NCBI GenBank assembly: GCA_964016885.1
Contig: OZ024740.1
Location: 66,588,001-66,652,000 of the forward strand
Direction: 5' to 3'
Length of the DNA stretch: 64,000 nt
Source: Eledone cirrhosa
Lineage: Eukaryota
Part shown: positions 13,611 through 29,900 of the stretch, piece after piece
Numbering within the stretch: position 1 is the stretch's first letter
How the letters are laid out: each line of letters starts with the position of its first letter
Translations under genes and position numbers: made by a program
Notes under the pieces: generated by a model
The model's input: the letters and a program-made list of their open reading frames with translations, nothing else
Told to the model about the DNA's origin: nothing
Databases searched by the model: none

Positions 13611-14613
13611 TCCTGTGTCAGTGTTGAACAAAAGGGCGACGATGGTTGCCGAGCACTGTACGGAGTAATTCGGGCTGTTTGTTTACAAACAAGCCGAACA
13701 TTATAATAAATGTTCGGTAAACCCATACGTACATACGAGTCTGTACACATATATGTATGTACGTATACATACTTATATTAATATATATATATAAATAAAT
13801 TACTCGGAACGGCTACTGCGCCCTGGGGCCCTGTCGGACTTGGAACCCGCCACGCCACCGGCTTTGACCGCCAAATATTACCTTTGAATTCTAGGCTTAA
13901 TCATAACTATTAGCAGTATCATGCCTCCCTCTACTAGCACGTAACTATATCCCCCTACTGTTTGAATTACTAGTAATCGTTTCGTATATACGATGGCCAG
14001 ACGGCGGTTGCGGACTTCCCGCTAACACACCCGACGCCTAAGACAGTTACATTCCTGGAGTGCAGGGAAAAATTAATTCCCATTTTTTCGCTTGACGATA
14101 TTACTCGGAACGGCTGTCACGTGGTTAGGGGGGGCTGGCCGAGGTCTGCAGTCGTCGCCGGTTATTGACCGCTAAACAGGGGCTTAATTTTTACTCTATA
14201 TCCTACCCTGAAAACTTATCGTGACTATCTACAATACACTTAAACTTTTTCATAAAAACCTCTTTCTGGAAATTCTTTAACTAAATCTCACAACCCAAAC
14301 CTTAAATCTTATTTTTCTATTCTCATCCTTGAAGATATATGTTCTTTGGAAAAAACATTTTTCACGGCAATTTCTAGCACGCATGACAGCCTGATTGAGG
14401 CATGACCTCAACGCTGTCATTTCTCTTTTTGACGAGGAGGTAGTAGCACATTATGAGCTTGCGCCCCCTCACCAGATGGTCATAAGTAGACTTCATAATC
14501 AACACTTGATGGTGGCCGACTGAGTTAGAAGTTGCTAAATAACCGGTCGTCCTCTTGTCTCTGATTTTCAGCCCCATCGATTTTATCTGTTATATTCCTT
14601 TGTTATATTTTGA

Positions 14614-14671
14614 ATACCTGATGATGTCACCGGATTCATACTGAACCCGCTCATTGAAATGATCATAGTAT
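14614..14671 (+). ncRNA. Type-I hammerhead ribozyme
   Basis: ATAC-CTGATGA-[cggattca tac tgaacccg]-GAAA-TGATCA-TA-GTAT; palindromic stem III; predicted cleavage after A14667. Confidence 0.8.
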
Positions 14672-14904
14672 AATAAACCTTTCAAGCATTTACACCAGTC
14701 CAGCCTGCTGTTATTTTATAATAATTAACTCCTTACTCGCACCACCAACTACACTAACGAAGACGGGTGAGTTGCATTACGTTCAGTGCTCTCCATAATA
14801 TTACATCGAGGTTGACCATACGGAATGACCAGTTCTATCCAGTGGTGTAGCAACTAACCTAAATACATTTAAAAAAATATATATATATAATAATAATAAT
14901 AAAT

Positions 14905-15256
14905 TTGAAGACTAAAATCCAAAGAGGGCTCGATAAGGATAAACATATATCAAATGTATAAGAACCGTAGAGCAAATATTTATTAAAATAACATATTAAA
15001 GTTTAAGCAAAGAATCGCTGCTTTGGTTCGTGGAAACGTTCCCTGGCAAAGAACGGGAAAAAACGAAGAAAATAAAATGCAGAGGTAATTGAAATTAAAT
15101 AAATACATACACGCATCCATATACGTAAATACACAAGCATACGCGAAAACACTCGCCATTGGTATACAAATACACGCACATATAGATATGTGTGTGTGCG
15201 TGTATACAAATAATTAAATAAACGTATATAAATAATTAAATGCGTATATAACAAGC
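14905..15256 (-). mobile_element. Internally deleted copy (with tail) of the family at 35130-35775
   Basis: 14975-15230 matches, in reverse, parts of 35135-35290 and 35725-35775; 14907-14968 matches 59159-59220. Confidence 0.7.
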
Positions 15257-15257
15257 A

Positions 15258-15532
15258 TATCCTCTATGAGATCACTAAACCTGCTAGAAACAGCAGCTAA
15301 CTCTCCCACCTATCACACCACTCCCTACTGTCTCAAATTTAGAAAACATATCCTCTATGAGGTCACTAAACCTGCCAGAAACAGCAGCTAACTCTCCCCC
15401 ATATCACACCACTCCCTCTTGTCTTAAATTTAGAAAACACATATCATCTATGAGGTCACTAAACCTGCTAGAAACAGCAGCTAACTCTCCCTCGTATCTC
15501 ACCTCTCCCTACTGTCTTAAATTTCGAAAACA
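15258..15532 (+). repeat. ~91-bp tandem repeat, 3 copies
   Basis: Unit tatcctctatgag(a/g)tcactaaacctgctagaaacagcagctaactctccc...aaatttagaaaaca. Confidence 0.9.
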
Positions 15533-15820
15533 CACAGACAACCATGCAGAACAGCTCCATCGCAGGTCTGTTGTTCGGCTGGCATCGCCTACGCGCGTGT
15601 TGCGCAAGTACTGTGAAACAATAAATTTCAACACTTCTTTGCACAGAGATAATATCCATAGGCGAATCTACAATTGTCACTGCTTGCGCAGCTCCTGCTT
15701 CGGCAGTCCAGGTCTGCAATTCATTCACCTGGCAGACAAAAAAGTGCTGCCATAAAATGGGTGGTGCAACCTAACTTTGGCAACTTACTGACCCCGAGCA
15801 ACGCCGGGCTTTAATGCTAG
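15258..15820 (+). mobile_element. Non-autonomous Helitron 3' portion
   Basis: Ends in the hairpin CCCGagcaacgcCGGG followed by CTAG|T at 15817-15821, the canonical Helitron 3' terminus; 5' end not identified. Confidence 0.65.
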
Positions 15821-16329
15821 TATATATATATATACACTGATTTATTATGGCTATTGGTGAGATTTGTTACTCTAAATTTTTACCTGTGCACTCACAGTAT
15901 GACCAGTCTTGTTTGATGATCATATGAGACTCATCACTTAGCCATAATAAATGAACATTTAAACCCTACTTCGGCATTGCGTTTTCATTCCGTCCGTCAA
16001 TAATTCGAGTACTCACAGGTCTTGAATAATAGCACCCCCCTCCCTACACACACACACCGATTAACAATTTCAGAAATCTTATCCAATACTCCCTTTTTAT
16101 TCCACCCCCTCTTATTAAATTTTGCTTATCTATCTCTGGCCAAAATTATTGAACTGATTCATATTGATAATGAAGCCGGAGATTCTATTAATTTTTTTTA
16201 TTTTACATGTAAACAAAATTATATACACGAAAAAATAACATTTCAAGAAATACCATATTTCCGAACGTAAACTATATAAATACCGATTTCCCAAGTCCGC
16301 CCTATTCCCTCTCTAATTATTTGGGACCC

Positions 16330-17200
16330 GAGAGTACCACCAGACTCACCTCCTCTCAATGTCTATCACGCAAAACTCTCTTTAACTCCCCTCTCTGTAT
16401 CTACTAAAACCCAAAACTCCCCCTCTCGATATCTTCCACGACACTGCCTCTCTTATCCCCCTCTATATATCTAACACTAAAACACCCACCCCTCTCTATA
16501 AATATATATATATACTTATCTCTCCCAACTCCCCTCTCTAATTCAATAACGTCTAAATTCTCTCCCTCTCTATATCTACTACACGGCACTCTTCCATTAT
16601 CCCTCCTATATATATACAACCACCAAATTCTCTCGCTCTATCTAACATACAAAACACTCTCACAATCCCTCTCCTTATATGAATCAGCTCCAAACCGTCC
16701 CCCTATAACTACTGCACTATACTCGCTCAGCCAATCCCCCTCTATAAAATAATTACGACCACACAATCCACCTCTCTATATCTACCATACAAAACTTCCT
16801 TTCATTCTCTCTCACTCTATCCATCATTACCCCTCCCGCACTCTTTATATATCTCAATACTTATCTCTATCAATCCTTTCACTCAAATGATTACCACCAA
16901 ATGCTCCCCTCTCCACATCAACCATACAACACTCTCTACTAAACACCCTCTCTCTATCAATTAACACCAAATGCTGCCCCTCTCTATACCAACTACACGG
17001 TACTCTCTTGCAATCACCCTCCATATATCAATTAACACCAACCTCCCCTCCTCTCTATATCTATCAATATTTATCTCAATCAATCCACTCACTCTATTCA
17101 TTACCACCAAACACTCCTCTAGTACCCAGAACTCCCTTCCAATCCACCTCTCTATATCAATAAACACCAAACTCTCCTCCTCTCTATCTCTCCCATCTAT
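16330..17200. repeat. Degenerate CT-rich minisatellite
   Basis: Recurring cctctctatatc / caccaaa motifs. Confidence 0.7.
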
Positions 17201-17317
17201 TTATGTACATAAGAGGTACATAGTGCATATGAAAATAGGTGTATGTTTTGGTATTCATGGGAGAAAAAATATAATCATTGGTGGAGCCATGGCCTTCCTG
17301 CAAAAGTTCCACTGCTG

Positions 17318-17387
<70 letters not shown>

Positions 17388-18510
17388 TCATATATGTGTG
17401 GGTGTGTATGTGTGCGTGTATTTTTGTGCTGGTCTGTGAGTATGGGAACTGCTTTTCTTTCAAGTATATTATATTGAAAACACATTTGTGCTTCATTTTG
17501 TCTTTATTAAGAATTTTTTTACCTTCCCTTATTCATCGTTTGGCGTTCCAAAATTAATATATATATTAATATTTCGATAGCTTCACAGCTGCATCCTCAG
17601 GACTGACATGGTCACATTACTGACGTATGTTTATTTTTTTTATGCAGATACATACACAATAGTACGTGTTCATGCGTATGCTTTTGTGTAATGGAATGAA
17701 TATTTGTGAGAAGTTTTAACGAATTCGTGTAAATAAACAGTATATAATTTTCTATTTACGTGCTATTACCTTTTTACATCGCTCATGATATTATGAAAAA
17801 CTCATTTATTATTAAATACACTTTAAATATTATGAACGGAAAATAGTAAAATGTTAAGATGTGAATCATAATATGCAATTAGGATGATTTTATATGCATC
17901 AGCATTTCCACTATATCGCGCCGGTAAATCATTAACTGTATTTATTTTGCTATAATTATTTAAGTATTCCTATATTCTTATTATTCAAATTAATATATCT
18001 ATCCCTGAATATTCTGCGTCATATCGGATTAACTAACGAATATTTGAATACAATTGTTTTTACAGATTTTTACTTCCAAATGTTTGTAAAAGGGTTCGTA
18101 CAGGGCTAAAATATTTGCTTCTGAAATCATGCCGTTTCCTGAGTTCGATGCCAATGAATTGCAATATGCAACCGTCTTCCAACGTAATCCCTGGTTGAAT
18201 TCTACCGTAGGTGTAGATTGTACAAAAGTAAAACGATTAGTATATATAATACCAACATTTTTGAATGAAGGAACATGAAAGAAGCAAAACATCAAGCTGC
18301 AAAGTATTGTTCTTTCAATTGAATTACAGAAGGTATCAACAGTTCATCTCAAAATGTCAGTGGTGAATGGGGAAAAATTCTCCAGGACCTAGAAGTTATG
18401 ATTGTAAGACGACACAAGAAAAAGAAACAATAGACGTACTAAAATTTAAAAAAAATATATATATATATTTATATTAAAATATCGATGTAAACTATCGGTG
18501 TAAACTTTCC

Positions 18511-18586
<76 letters not shown>

Positions 18587-18890
18587 ACTATAACACGTTT
18601 AGAACCTTATTATATAAAATTATAACCGTTATCATTTACCTAAAGTATACTGTATCAATAATATCTAATTTATATCCATATAAAACTACATGTATCATTC
18701 TATACATAATTTTTAGTTAAATTTATTGATTATCATTTATTTTGAACTATGAATAATCAATGCATTTACACCCTTATATATATACGTTATATTTAACTTT
18801 GGCATGCCTAAATCTCATTTTTATTTTCGTTATCATTTACCTAAAATATACAGGCTCATATATATATATACATATATATATCGGAACGAG

Positions 18891-19163
18891 TAGGACACCG
18901 ACGGCTGAGCTCAAGCCGTTTCGACGGCTAATTCTGGACTAAACATTTTTAGTCCAGAATTAGACCCCGACGGGTGAGCTCAAGCCGTTTCGACGGCTGG
19001 CTAATTCTGGACTAAACATTTTTAGTCCACAATTAGCCGTCGAAACGGTTTGAGCTCAGCCGTCGGGGTCCTACTCGTTCCAATTACCCACTCTACTACC
19101 CTAAGTATTGAGTACTTTGGTGCGTTATGGTCCACCTGGTTCCTTACCACATTTCCTTCGTTA
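18891..19163. mobile_element. Short fold-back element with duplicated internal hairpin and 3' tail
   Basis: ggaacgagtaggac...gtcctactcgttcc termini; hairpin aattctggactaaa-catt-tttagtccagaatt occurs twice; tail 19083-19163 with ACTC...GAGTACT, also present in reverse at 44893-44973. Confidence 0.8.
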
Positions 19164-19768
19164 TATATATATATATATATACATAATAGTTATTTAAATA
19201 TTTATAACAATAAATACTTCATAAGGTTTACATACTATATATGTTGACAATGAATATCTCCGGTAAAGCTTACATTTAAAAAAATATTCGTCTGTGTAAA
19301 CTTTATTTTCCGCTGGACAGCTAATTCCTTTAAAAGTTATCCTCATAAAGTTCCGAAGTTTAGAAAAGTTAAAACACTTATTGAATTTACAAAACTAATA
19401 AATAATCTGCAATTTAAAAAAAAACAACCTAAAATCTTGATTCTTCACCCTAAAATAGCATAAAATAAATATTTTCAAACTTAACCGTTTAACTTTCGGA
19501 AAATCTCATTCTACACATATTCCCTCTCTATATATATATATTATCTTAGCGGCTCTCATTGACCGCTTTCCCTGATAAATTGTAGTATCATACATTTTAA
19601 AATCTCTATAACTGTTACATTCAGCAACGTATTTCTTCTTGAATTTATTACGTTTTCGAATTTTCTCATTATTAGTGTATAAATGTTAAGCTTTCTCTTA
19701 GGTTAATCACTACCTTGATTAAATCTTAGCCATTTAACATCTCAATGTATGTCATGTATCATTATATT

Positions 19769-19815
19769 TTGTCTGATGAGGACGTACTGTTGTACATCAG
19801 AAATATGTATAATAA
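19769..19815 (+). ncRNA. Type-I hammerhead ribozyme
   Basis: ttgt-CTGATGA-ggacgtac tgtt gtacatca-GAAA-TATGTA-TA-ataa; GAGTGCT tail motif follows at 19892. Confidence 0.6.
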
Positions 19816-20092
19816 CAAGTAATTGATAAAAAGAACATCTATTTTATTAATATTTGTATTTTAATATTAATAACCCTGAACATTTTCCATAGAGTGCTTC
19901 CAATCTACTGTAAAACTCATTCTTTGATATACTCATTGAATATTGTTTAACTCTTTAATATATATATATATATATAGGCCACCTACGCCCAATTCTCTTC
20001 GTTTGCTTTCGCTTGTTTTCGTACGTCTATTTTTTTTTTCTTGGGTCGTCTTAGAATCATAAATTCTGGAGCCTGTACACACATACACACAA

Positions 20093-20237
<145 letters not shown>

Positions 20238-20276
20238 ATTAAATAAATGGAAACTATATTTATAAAACCATATTTA

Positions 20277-20338
20277 TTTCGTTATATATATTTCAGGGAT
20301 ATCATATTAACAATATGTTATGCCATCTTCAGACAAAA
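20277..20338 (-). ncRNA. Type-I hammerhead ribozyme (left arm)
   Basis: TTTTGT-CTGAAGA-tggcataacatattgttaatatgatatccct-GAAA-TATATA-TA-ACGAAA. Confidence 0.75.
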
Positions 20339-20645
20339 TTCAATATAAACAGTCTTATAAATAAATAGATACGACATACCTTTCAATCACCTTGCATTTG
20401 TGAGGTTGATTTGGCAGTAAAAAATATTGTGGACAGTTGTACAAAGAAAGAGATAAAGAGAGAAGGAAAGAGAAACGAAGAAAAAGAAGAAATGTATGTG
20501 ACTAAATAGAGGGATATAGAAAGATAGATAAAGAGAAGAACTTCATGTAAAGAAACAGAGAGAAATATATATAGAGAGAGGAAAAAAGAAAGAGATAGAT
20601 AGAGATAGATAGAGAAATTAGGAAGTTGAGTATCGGTTGATACAT

Positions 20646-20676
<31 letters not shown>

Positions 20677-21043
20677 GCTCTAGTATTAATGTAAAGAGAG
20701 ATGTATGTAGTTAGGAGAGAAAATAGCCGTTATATAGAGAGAAAAAAGAGAAAATGAAAAAGAGAAAATGAAACATAACCAGACATAAACGATGCAGAAT
20801 TTAAAACCGCTATGTTTTATCCGTAGAAAATATTAGTTCGTATAAAACAGGCATTATAATGTAAGTACCAGTATTCATGAATGAGACATGTATCTATAAT
20901 GTGTGAGAAGTAATGATCTTATGTCTAGTTTTTAAAAATTCATATGTTTATATCATAATTATAAACAAACTCCCAATTCACACGAAATCATTCTCATTGT
21001 GCTATAAAAATTCAAGTATACAGGCCACCTACGTGACAAAATT

Positions 21044-21844
21044 ATGTACATAGATAATGATAAACAAATTAAACAAAATAACAACTATTTTAATTATGGC
21101 CACAACCTTAACAACTATAATAGAAAGCATTACAATAATTCCAAAAGCCATAAAAGAAATAGAACTAGGAATATAATATGGTTTGCCCCCCCCCCCCCTT
21201 TCTCACTAAACATTAAAACCCACATTGCTAAACTATTTTTTAAAGCTCTCGATAATCGCTTCCCAAGAACACATAGGTATCACTCAATTTTCAATAGACA
21301 TACTATAAAACTAACCTACTCATCCACCAAAAATTTAGCGCAAAATATTAATAGAATAAATAACAGGAACTTAAAACCTAGCGATAATACCATAAATAAT
21401 ATCCAAGTTAACAAATGTAACTGTAGAGATAGATCTAAATGTCCGTTAAATGACAACTGCTTAGTTAAAAATATAATATACAACTGTAATGTTAAAACGG
21501 ACATTAATTCTTTTAACTACGTTGGTTCTACATCGACGGAATTTAAACTTCGCTATAACAACCACAAGAATTCTTTCACAGATCCATCCAAAAAATCTTC
21601 AACAGCACTATCAGGCGTACTCTGGCAACTTAGGCATGATAACGTTAGATATTCGACGACTTGGAATATAGTTTCAAGGGGGATTCCTTTTAATTCATCC
21701 TCTGAGACATGTGACCTCTGTGCGGAGGAGATATTCTTTATACTAAAATCTAAAAATTCCCTTAATCTACGGACAAATTTATTCAGTTGCTGCAGACATA
21801 GATTGAACTCAACGTTTAAATATAAATTTAAATTTAAAATGTAG
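21044..21844 (+). CDS. PLE C-terminal linker plus GIY-YIG endonuclease (5'-truncated, frame open)
   Basis: RNIIWF.PPFS, CNCRDRSKCPLNDNC, IIYNC...YVGSTSTEFKLRYNNH, CDLCAEE, CCRH. Confidence 0.85.
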   Translation: MYIDNDKQIKQNNNYFNYGHNLNNYNRKHYNNSKSHKRNRTRNIIWFAPPPPFSLNIKTHIAKLFFKALDNRFPRTHRYHSIFNRHTIKLTYSSTKNLAQNINRINNRNLKPSDNTINNIQVNKCNCRDRSKCPLNDNCLVKNIIYNCNVKTDINSFNYVGSTSTEFKLRYNNHKNSFTDPSKKSSTALSGVLWQLRHDNVRYSTTWNIVSRGIPFNSSSETCDLCAEEIFFILKSKNSLNLRTNLFSCCRHRLNSTFKYKFKFKM

Positions 21845-22930
21845 TTATGTTTGGTTTGATTTGATTTGTAATTATTTATGAAACTAGCCGATAAATCTTT
21901 CGATTTCTTCTTTTTATTAAAACATTCTTTTTATTAAAACATTCTTCATGAATAATTAAACTACCCTAAAAGCTGATGCTCCAAATATATCGAATTAAAT
22001 TTTAAACTAGATAAACTTCTATATTATATATAAGAACATATGTAGACCAATTGGGTATCCTAAACTTTTGGAATGATTTCTGCTAGACAGGATTTGGTAA
22101 ACAATTTTTGTTTTATCTGTTTCGACTCTGATGCTTATGATGATCTTGGCAATATATTGCCAATTAACTTTGAAAGGCTGATCTCTGTGTTTTATTTGTA
22201 TTATTTTTTAATATTTTTTAATATTTTGTAATATTTTTTATTTTTAATATTAACTGTTTTAGTTTTCTGTTTATTTATTTATTTTCTTGTCTCTGATATT
22301 TTTATTTTTATTTTTATTTTTATTAATATATTGAAATCTGTTCTCTATTTCTGCTTGATCGACAATCATGTAGAATAAAGACAAGAATAGTATTGTTAAA
22401 ATTAATATAGACTCTATTTATATGTGTATATATACACACATATATGTATACTTGAATGTTTATAGCACAATGAGAATGTTTTCGTGTGAATTGGGAGTTT
22501 GTTTATAATTATGATATAAACATATGAATTTTTAAAAACTAGACATAAGATCATTACTTCTCACACATTATAGATACATGTCTCATTCATGAATACTGGT
22601 ACTTACATTATAATGCCTGTTTTATACGAACTAATATTTTCTACGGATAAAACATAGCGGTTTTAAATTCTGCATCGTTTATGTCTGGTTATGTTTCATT
22701 TTCTCTTTTTCATTTTCTCTTTTTTCTCTCTATATAACGGCTATTTTCTCTCCTAACTACATACATCTCTCTTTACATTAATACTAGAGCTAAATAAATA
22801 AATAAATAAATAAATAAATGTATCAACCGATACTCAACTTCCTAATTTCTCTATCTATCTCTATCTATCTCTTTCTTTTTTCCTCTCTCTATATATATAT
22901 TTATTTATTTATAAGACTGTTTATATTTTA

Positions 22931-22992
22931 TTTTGTCTGAAGATGGCATAACATATTGTTAATAAGATATCCCTGAAATATATATAACGAAA
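22931..22992 (+). ncRNA. Type-I hammerhead ribozyme (right arm)
   Basis: TTTTGT-CTGAAGA-stem II-GAAA-TATATA-TA-ACGAAA. Confidence 0.75.
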
Positions 22993-23124
22993 TAAATATG
23001 GTTTTATAAATATAGTTTCCATTTATTTAATATCATAAATATACTCCAAATACTTGTTGACTGCTTTTATATCAGTTATAAATATTTACTCGTTGTTAAC
23101 CCAACAATTTAAATATAACTTTCC

Positions 23125-23835
<711 letters not shown>

Positions 23836-24065
23836 ACACCTAATTCTGTTTAGTTGACTGTATCTGGGCGATTACGCTTCCGAAATATTCGATAAATATT
23901 CTGTTGCGACCGACGCGAAGGGCTAGTTTCGGTTATTTGTTGGAGATTTTTTCATAGAAGCCTCATTCTTATAGCCTGGTCTATTCGATTGTTATATAGT
24001 TAATTATGCTAATTGGGAGAGGAAATGGTATATATTTTATCTTGTGATTCTATAGACATGTTTTA

Positions 24066-25502
<1,437 letters not shown>

Positions 25503-26839
25503 CTTCTATCTATCTATATACAACTAAAACTCTGATCTTGCGTGCTTGCTTGCTTGCTTGCTTGTCTGTTATGTAATACACCCAAAAGGGTGCATAATGG
25601 ATAAATACCTCTGAATTGGGAATACAAATTGAATAAAACAAGTTTCGCGAAAATCTGACCCCGTATTTCCGAGATTCGCGGGTTTTGAGGGTACCTGCGT
25701 AAATAGAGACAACGGTGTATACTGGAAAAATACCTCGAAACTAATATAACCCTGCAAAATTTCGTAAATAGCCAAAACATTGCATAATGAGAAAATTCTC
25801 TGAATGAAATAAGTTAGGCGTAAATCGCACATGGACAATATTTTCAATTTTCCAACAATAGCAAGGAATTCATCTAAATTCAATTTATCTTATTTTATAA
25901 TGAATATCGAAAGAAATAATCCATTTGTATTTTGGTTGTCCATTCTGTAGGTAAGACAGACAGAGAGGTGTTGAAAGTGAGAAAGAGAGAGGGAGTGTGA
26001 GAGAGAGAAAGAGAGAGCGTGTGGGGATGAGAGAGAGAGTGGGATGACAGATAAAGAAAGAGACAGCGCCCTTAACTTTTATTTATTTTAACTCTCCCCC
26101 CTATCCATAACGTTATTTCTTTCTCCCTCTTTCACAGTTCTACTGCCACCGTGTGTATATGTATGTGTATGTGTGCCAGTGCAAGTTTTTACGTACTTAG
26201 AGACATGTGTGTGTGTGTATGTGTGTGCAACAGTACTTAAGTTAGAGACATATATATATTTGTGTGTGTAGGATACATTCGTAAATAGCCAAAACGGTGC
26301 ATAATGGAAAAATAGCCCTGTAAGTGACATAACCCTGAAATGGGGATAAAAGAAGTTTGACGTAAATCGACATAAACTATTTTCATCAATCGAGAAATAT
26401 TTTTAATAATTATTAAAAAAAGAGTTTTCAGTGATTTTTCAGTGAATATGATTTCCAAACTACAAGTTGTTTGTACTTCAAGTATCTATATTTGAGCTTT
26501 CTTTAAACAGACGATATTTTAATTATCAGAAAAGCATTAAGTGAATATGACTGAAAAATAACAGTTGGTTTTAAACAGTAGGTGTTTATAGTTTTGCTTT
26601 TGTTAAAAAGAATATTTCAATTATTTAGAAATATTTTAAAGTGAATTTGATTTCACAAATAGCTTTATTTACATAGACAATATCTTCATTTAAAAAAAAA
26701 TTATTTTCGAGTGAATACGATGGAAAATATATTTCTTGGCATATTTAAAATATATTCTTAATATTTTAATTATTGATAAGTATTTTTTTAAGTGAATATG
26801 ATTTGATAAATACGAGTCGTTTAAACAGACAATATTTTC

Positions 26840-26893
26840 ATTACTCTTTTACCTGTTTCAGCCATCCGGCTGAGGCCATGCTGGGGCACCGCC
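26840..26893. mobile_element. Short SINE-end fragment
   Basis: ctcttttacctgtttcagccatccggctgaggccatgctggggcaccgcc, identical at 46373-46422; resembles a common octopus SINE end (from recall). Confidence 0.6.
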
Positions 26894-26998
26894 CTTGATT
26901 ATTTAGAAATATTTCTAAATGATGACTTAAAAAAAATATATTTGTTGAGGTAATAGGAATTTTTTTCTAAGGTGAATACGATTTTCGATTCTTAAATA

Positions 26999-29900
26999 AT
27001 GCCTCGACGAAGAAGAAAGAAAACATCTGGTTGGTCTATCGATATTGGAAAGAAAGCACGGCTAGGGAGAGCCGAAGAAGGTGAGCACGATAGTGGTCAA
27101 CGCCAACAACATCGGGAGAGGCATGTGAATAGCAGGATCGATGAGACTGATAAAGCAAGGGCTGCGCGTCTGGTGGAACAGGGAGAAAGAGACAGAAGCA
27201 GGAGAGATCATGAATCGGATGGTCGGAGAGCTGAGTGTCTGGCGGAACAGAGGGAGAGAGACAGAAGAAGGAGAGATCATAAATCGGGCGGTCGGAGAGC
27301 GGAGCGTCAGGCGGAACAGAAGGAAAGAGACAGAAGCAGGAGAGATCATGAATCGGACGCTCAGAGAACTGAACGTTTTTGCTAACAAACCATTAGGGAT
27401 AGAGCAAAGACAGTTCAACGACGTGACCTCTCTGCCGATGTTGGACAAATGAAATAAGATCTGTGTCTGTTGTCATGCAATGCTTTTTCACGGTGAAACT
27501 GCTAACTTTTGGTGTATGAATGGAACAGTCAGGTTGAGGAATATGCAGCCTTTACTCCAGGAACTTCACAGTTTATTTAAACTGAACAACCTAGGGCAAA
27601 CGAGTTCAGGAAGAACCTCAGACAATACAACTGCCTGTTCCAAATGACATCTTTTGGGGTCGAAGAACTTTGTTCCCGAAGGAGTGGGTGGAATCCTTCT
27701 ATCGTTATTCATGGTAAAATTCAGCATTACATCGATTCCTTAAACCCTTATCCCAACGAACAACCCCAATTTCTTCAAATTTACTTCTTGGATCCTCAGT
27801 ATAGTGTTGATTTGAGGATCAGGTTACTCCATAACGATGGCATTCAGCGCGACATAGTTGAATTATTGGAAATAATACTCAGACAATATAACCCTTACGT
27901 TGCTCCATTTCGAATGGCAAAAGAACAAATTAAAAATATTCCCGAAGCTTCGATTATTATTTATCCTGATAGGAGACCATCAATGCACAAACTGCAAACG
28001 AAGTTGCGGTTATTATACAAAACAGCACCGAACTTGAAGCAAAAGCACGGCACATTGTGTTGAACGAAAAAGCGGACAATTGCAAATACTCTCAGAGTCC
28101 CCTCGGTCCTAGGTCAGTTTGCAGTATCTTCTATTTTGTTTTCCTTTTGGCGATGACGGATGGCATCATGAGCTGTTAATGAGCAACAACAAGAAGTTGA
28201 CGCCAATGCGCTATCGAATAATGAACCATGAGAATGAATTCAACCAACTACTCAAATCGGTCGTTTATTTCAGCAATATTTGGTTGACATGGCTGCGAAG
28301 ATTGAAGGAGATTGACTGCAATACATGTGAATGAATCAAACATCATTGCGATCTACAACATACAAGGGCCTTACTGCCGCATTGAATGATGATGACGATT
28401 TTCGCAATATTGGCAGGCGAATCATACTCTCTTCCACATTTGTCGGTGGACCGAGATATATGATGGAACGATGCAAGGACACCATGATGTACATACAGAA
28501 GTACAGCAATCCTTCGTTCTTCACCACAATGACATGCTATCCAAACTGGCCCGAAATCCGGCAAAACCTATTCCTGAATCAGAAGCCACATGACAGGCTA
28601 GATTTAATTGCCAGAGTATTTGATCTGAAGCGGAAACAGTTAAGAAAGTATTTTACTTGAGTAGATGGCCTATTTGGCAAGTGCATTGCTTAAGTGTTGA
28701 CAGTCGAATATCAAAAGTGAGGTCTTCCTCATGTGCAATGTTTGCTATGGCTCAATGAAGCCTCCAAGCCCAGACCGCAGGAATATGATATTTTTTTTCA
28801 AGCCGAAATACCAGATCCAAACAAAGATCCAGAGGGTCATGAATTGGTGCTGAAACACATGATCCACGGTCCGAATTGCTCTAACAATCGTTGGAAAGAT
28901 GGAACGTGCAGTAAGCGGTGCCCTAAGCATTTCAATGAATATACATTGTGTGTAGAGGACTCTTATCCTGTGTACAGAACGGTCTCCAGGAATGGGAGGA
29001 TTTGAGGGGCACCAAGAAGGAAGGGGAAGCCGAAATATAACTTCAGAATGGGTCGTTCCCTACAATATGAAATTATTAAAGCTATTCAACTGCCACCTAA
29101 ACATAGATATGTGCTCTTCCGTGAAATCGATCAAATACGTTATCAAATATACCATGAAGGGCGGGAAGTGATCAGTCAATGTTTCGAGTGAACAGGGAAG
29201 ATGAGATAATACAGTATTTAATAGGAAGATATATCGGTCCTTCAGAAGCTGTTGCCTTGGTACTTGGATTTCCAATTCATGAGAGAGAACCGGCCGAACT
29301 CTTTAAGTTCATCTACCTGAGGAAAATCAAATCTTCTTTCGGGTCAATGCTGTTGTTAAAGTAAACAATAAGATGACTAAGACGACTCTGACAAAGTTCA
29401 TGGATCTTTGCGATCGCGATCCGTTTTCAAAACATTGTATTATGCCGATGTGCCAAAAATTTACACTTGGAGTAATAAGAGATGGGAAAATAGAAGGGGG
29501 GGGGGACAGTTGAGAAGTATCCAGTGATTTTTGAGGCGAACGTTTTGGGACGAGTATACACTGTTTCTCCACGAAGCGTTGACCTGTATCATTTAAGACT
29601 CCTTCTGAATCATGGCAAAGGGCCAGTATCCTTCAACTCTTTGAAAATGTGTGATGGAGAACTCCTGCTATTATTCAAAGACGTCTGCAGAGAGAAAGGT
29701 TTTCAATCGTATCATCATTGGCAGCAGACTCTGGAAGATGCTGAGCGGACAAGGCTTCCCAAAGCCACGAGAGATGTATTCATCGTGGTCCTCACATATA
29801 CGGAAATTGACAATTCCAGTGCTTTATGGGCTCGATTTAAGCATTCGCTGTCTGAGGATTACCTTCAAATAGAAAAAGGGCTACCAGAAACTCTAAACTT

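Larger units (their letters stand above)
12935..13780. mobile_element. Non-coding fold-back element with minimal HHR
   Basis: ~13070-13350 is inverted relative to ~13455-13735; 12935-13022 is directly repeated at 13365-13452. Confidence 0.8.

Noticed and set aside
15258-15532. CRISPR-like array
   Set aside because: Contiguous tandem units without unique spacers, eukaryotic context, no cas genes.
17560-17605. Minus-strand CTGAGGA...GAAA-TATTAATA-TA motif
   Set aside because: No stem I partner; at best a truncated HHR.
18029-18295. 88-aa ORF in unique-looking sequence
   Set aside because: No recognisable homology or splice support.
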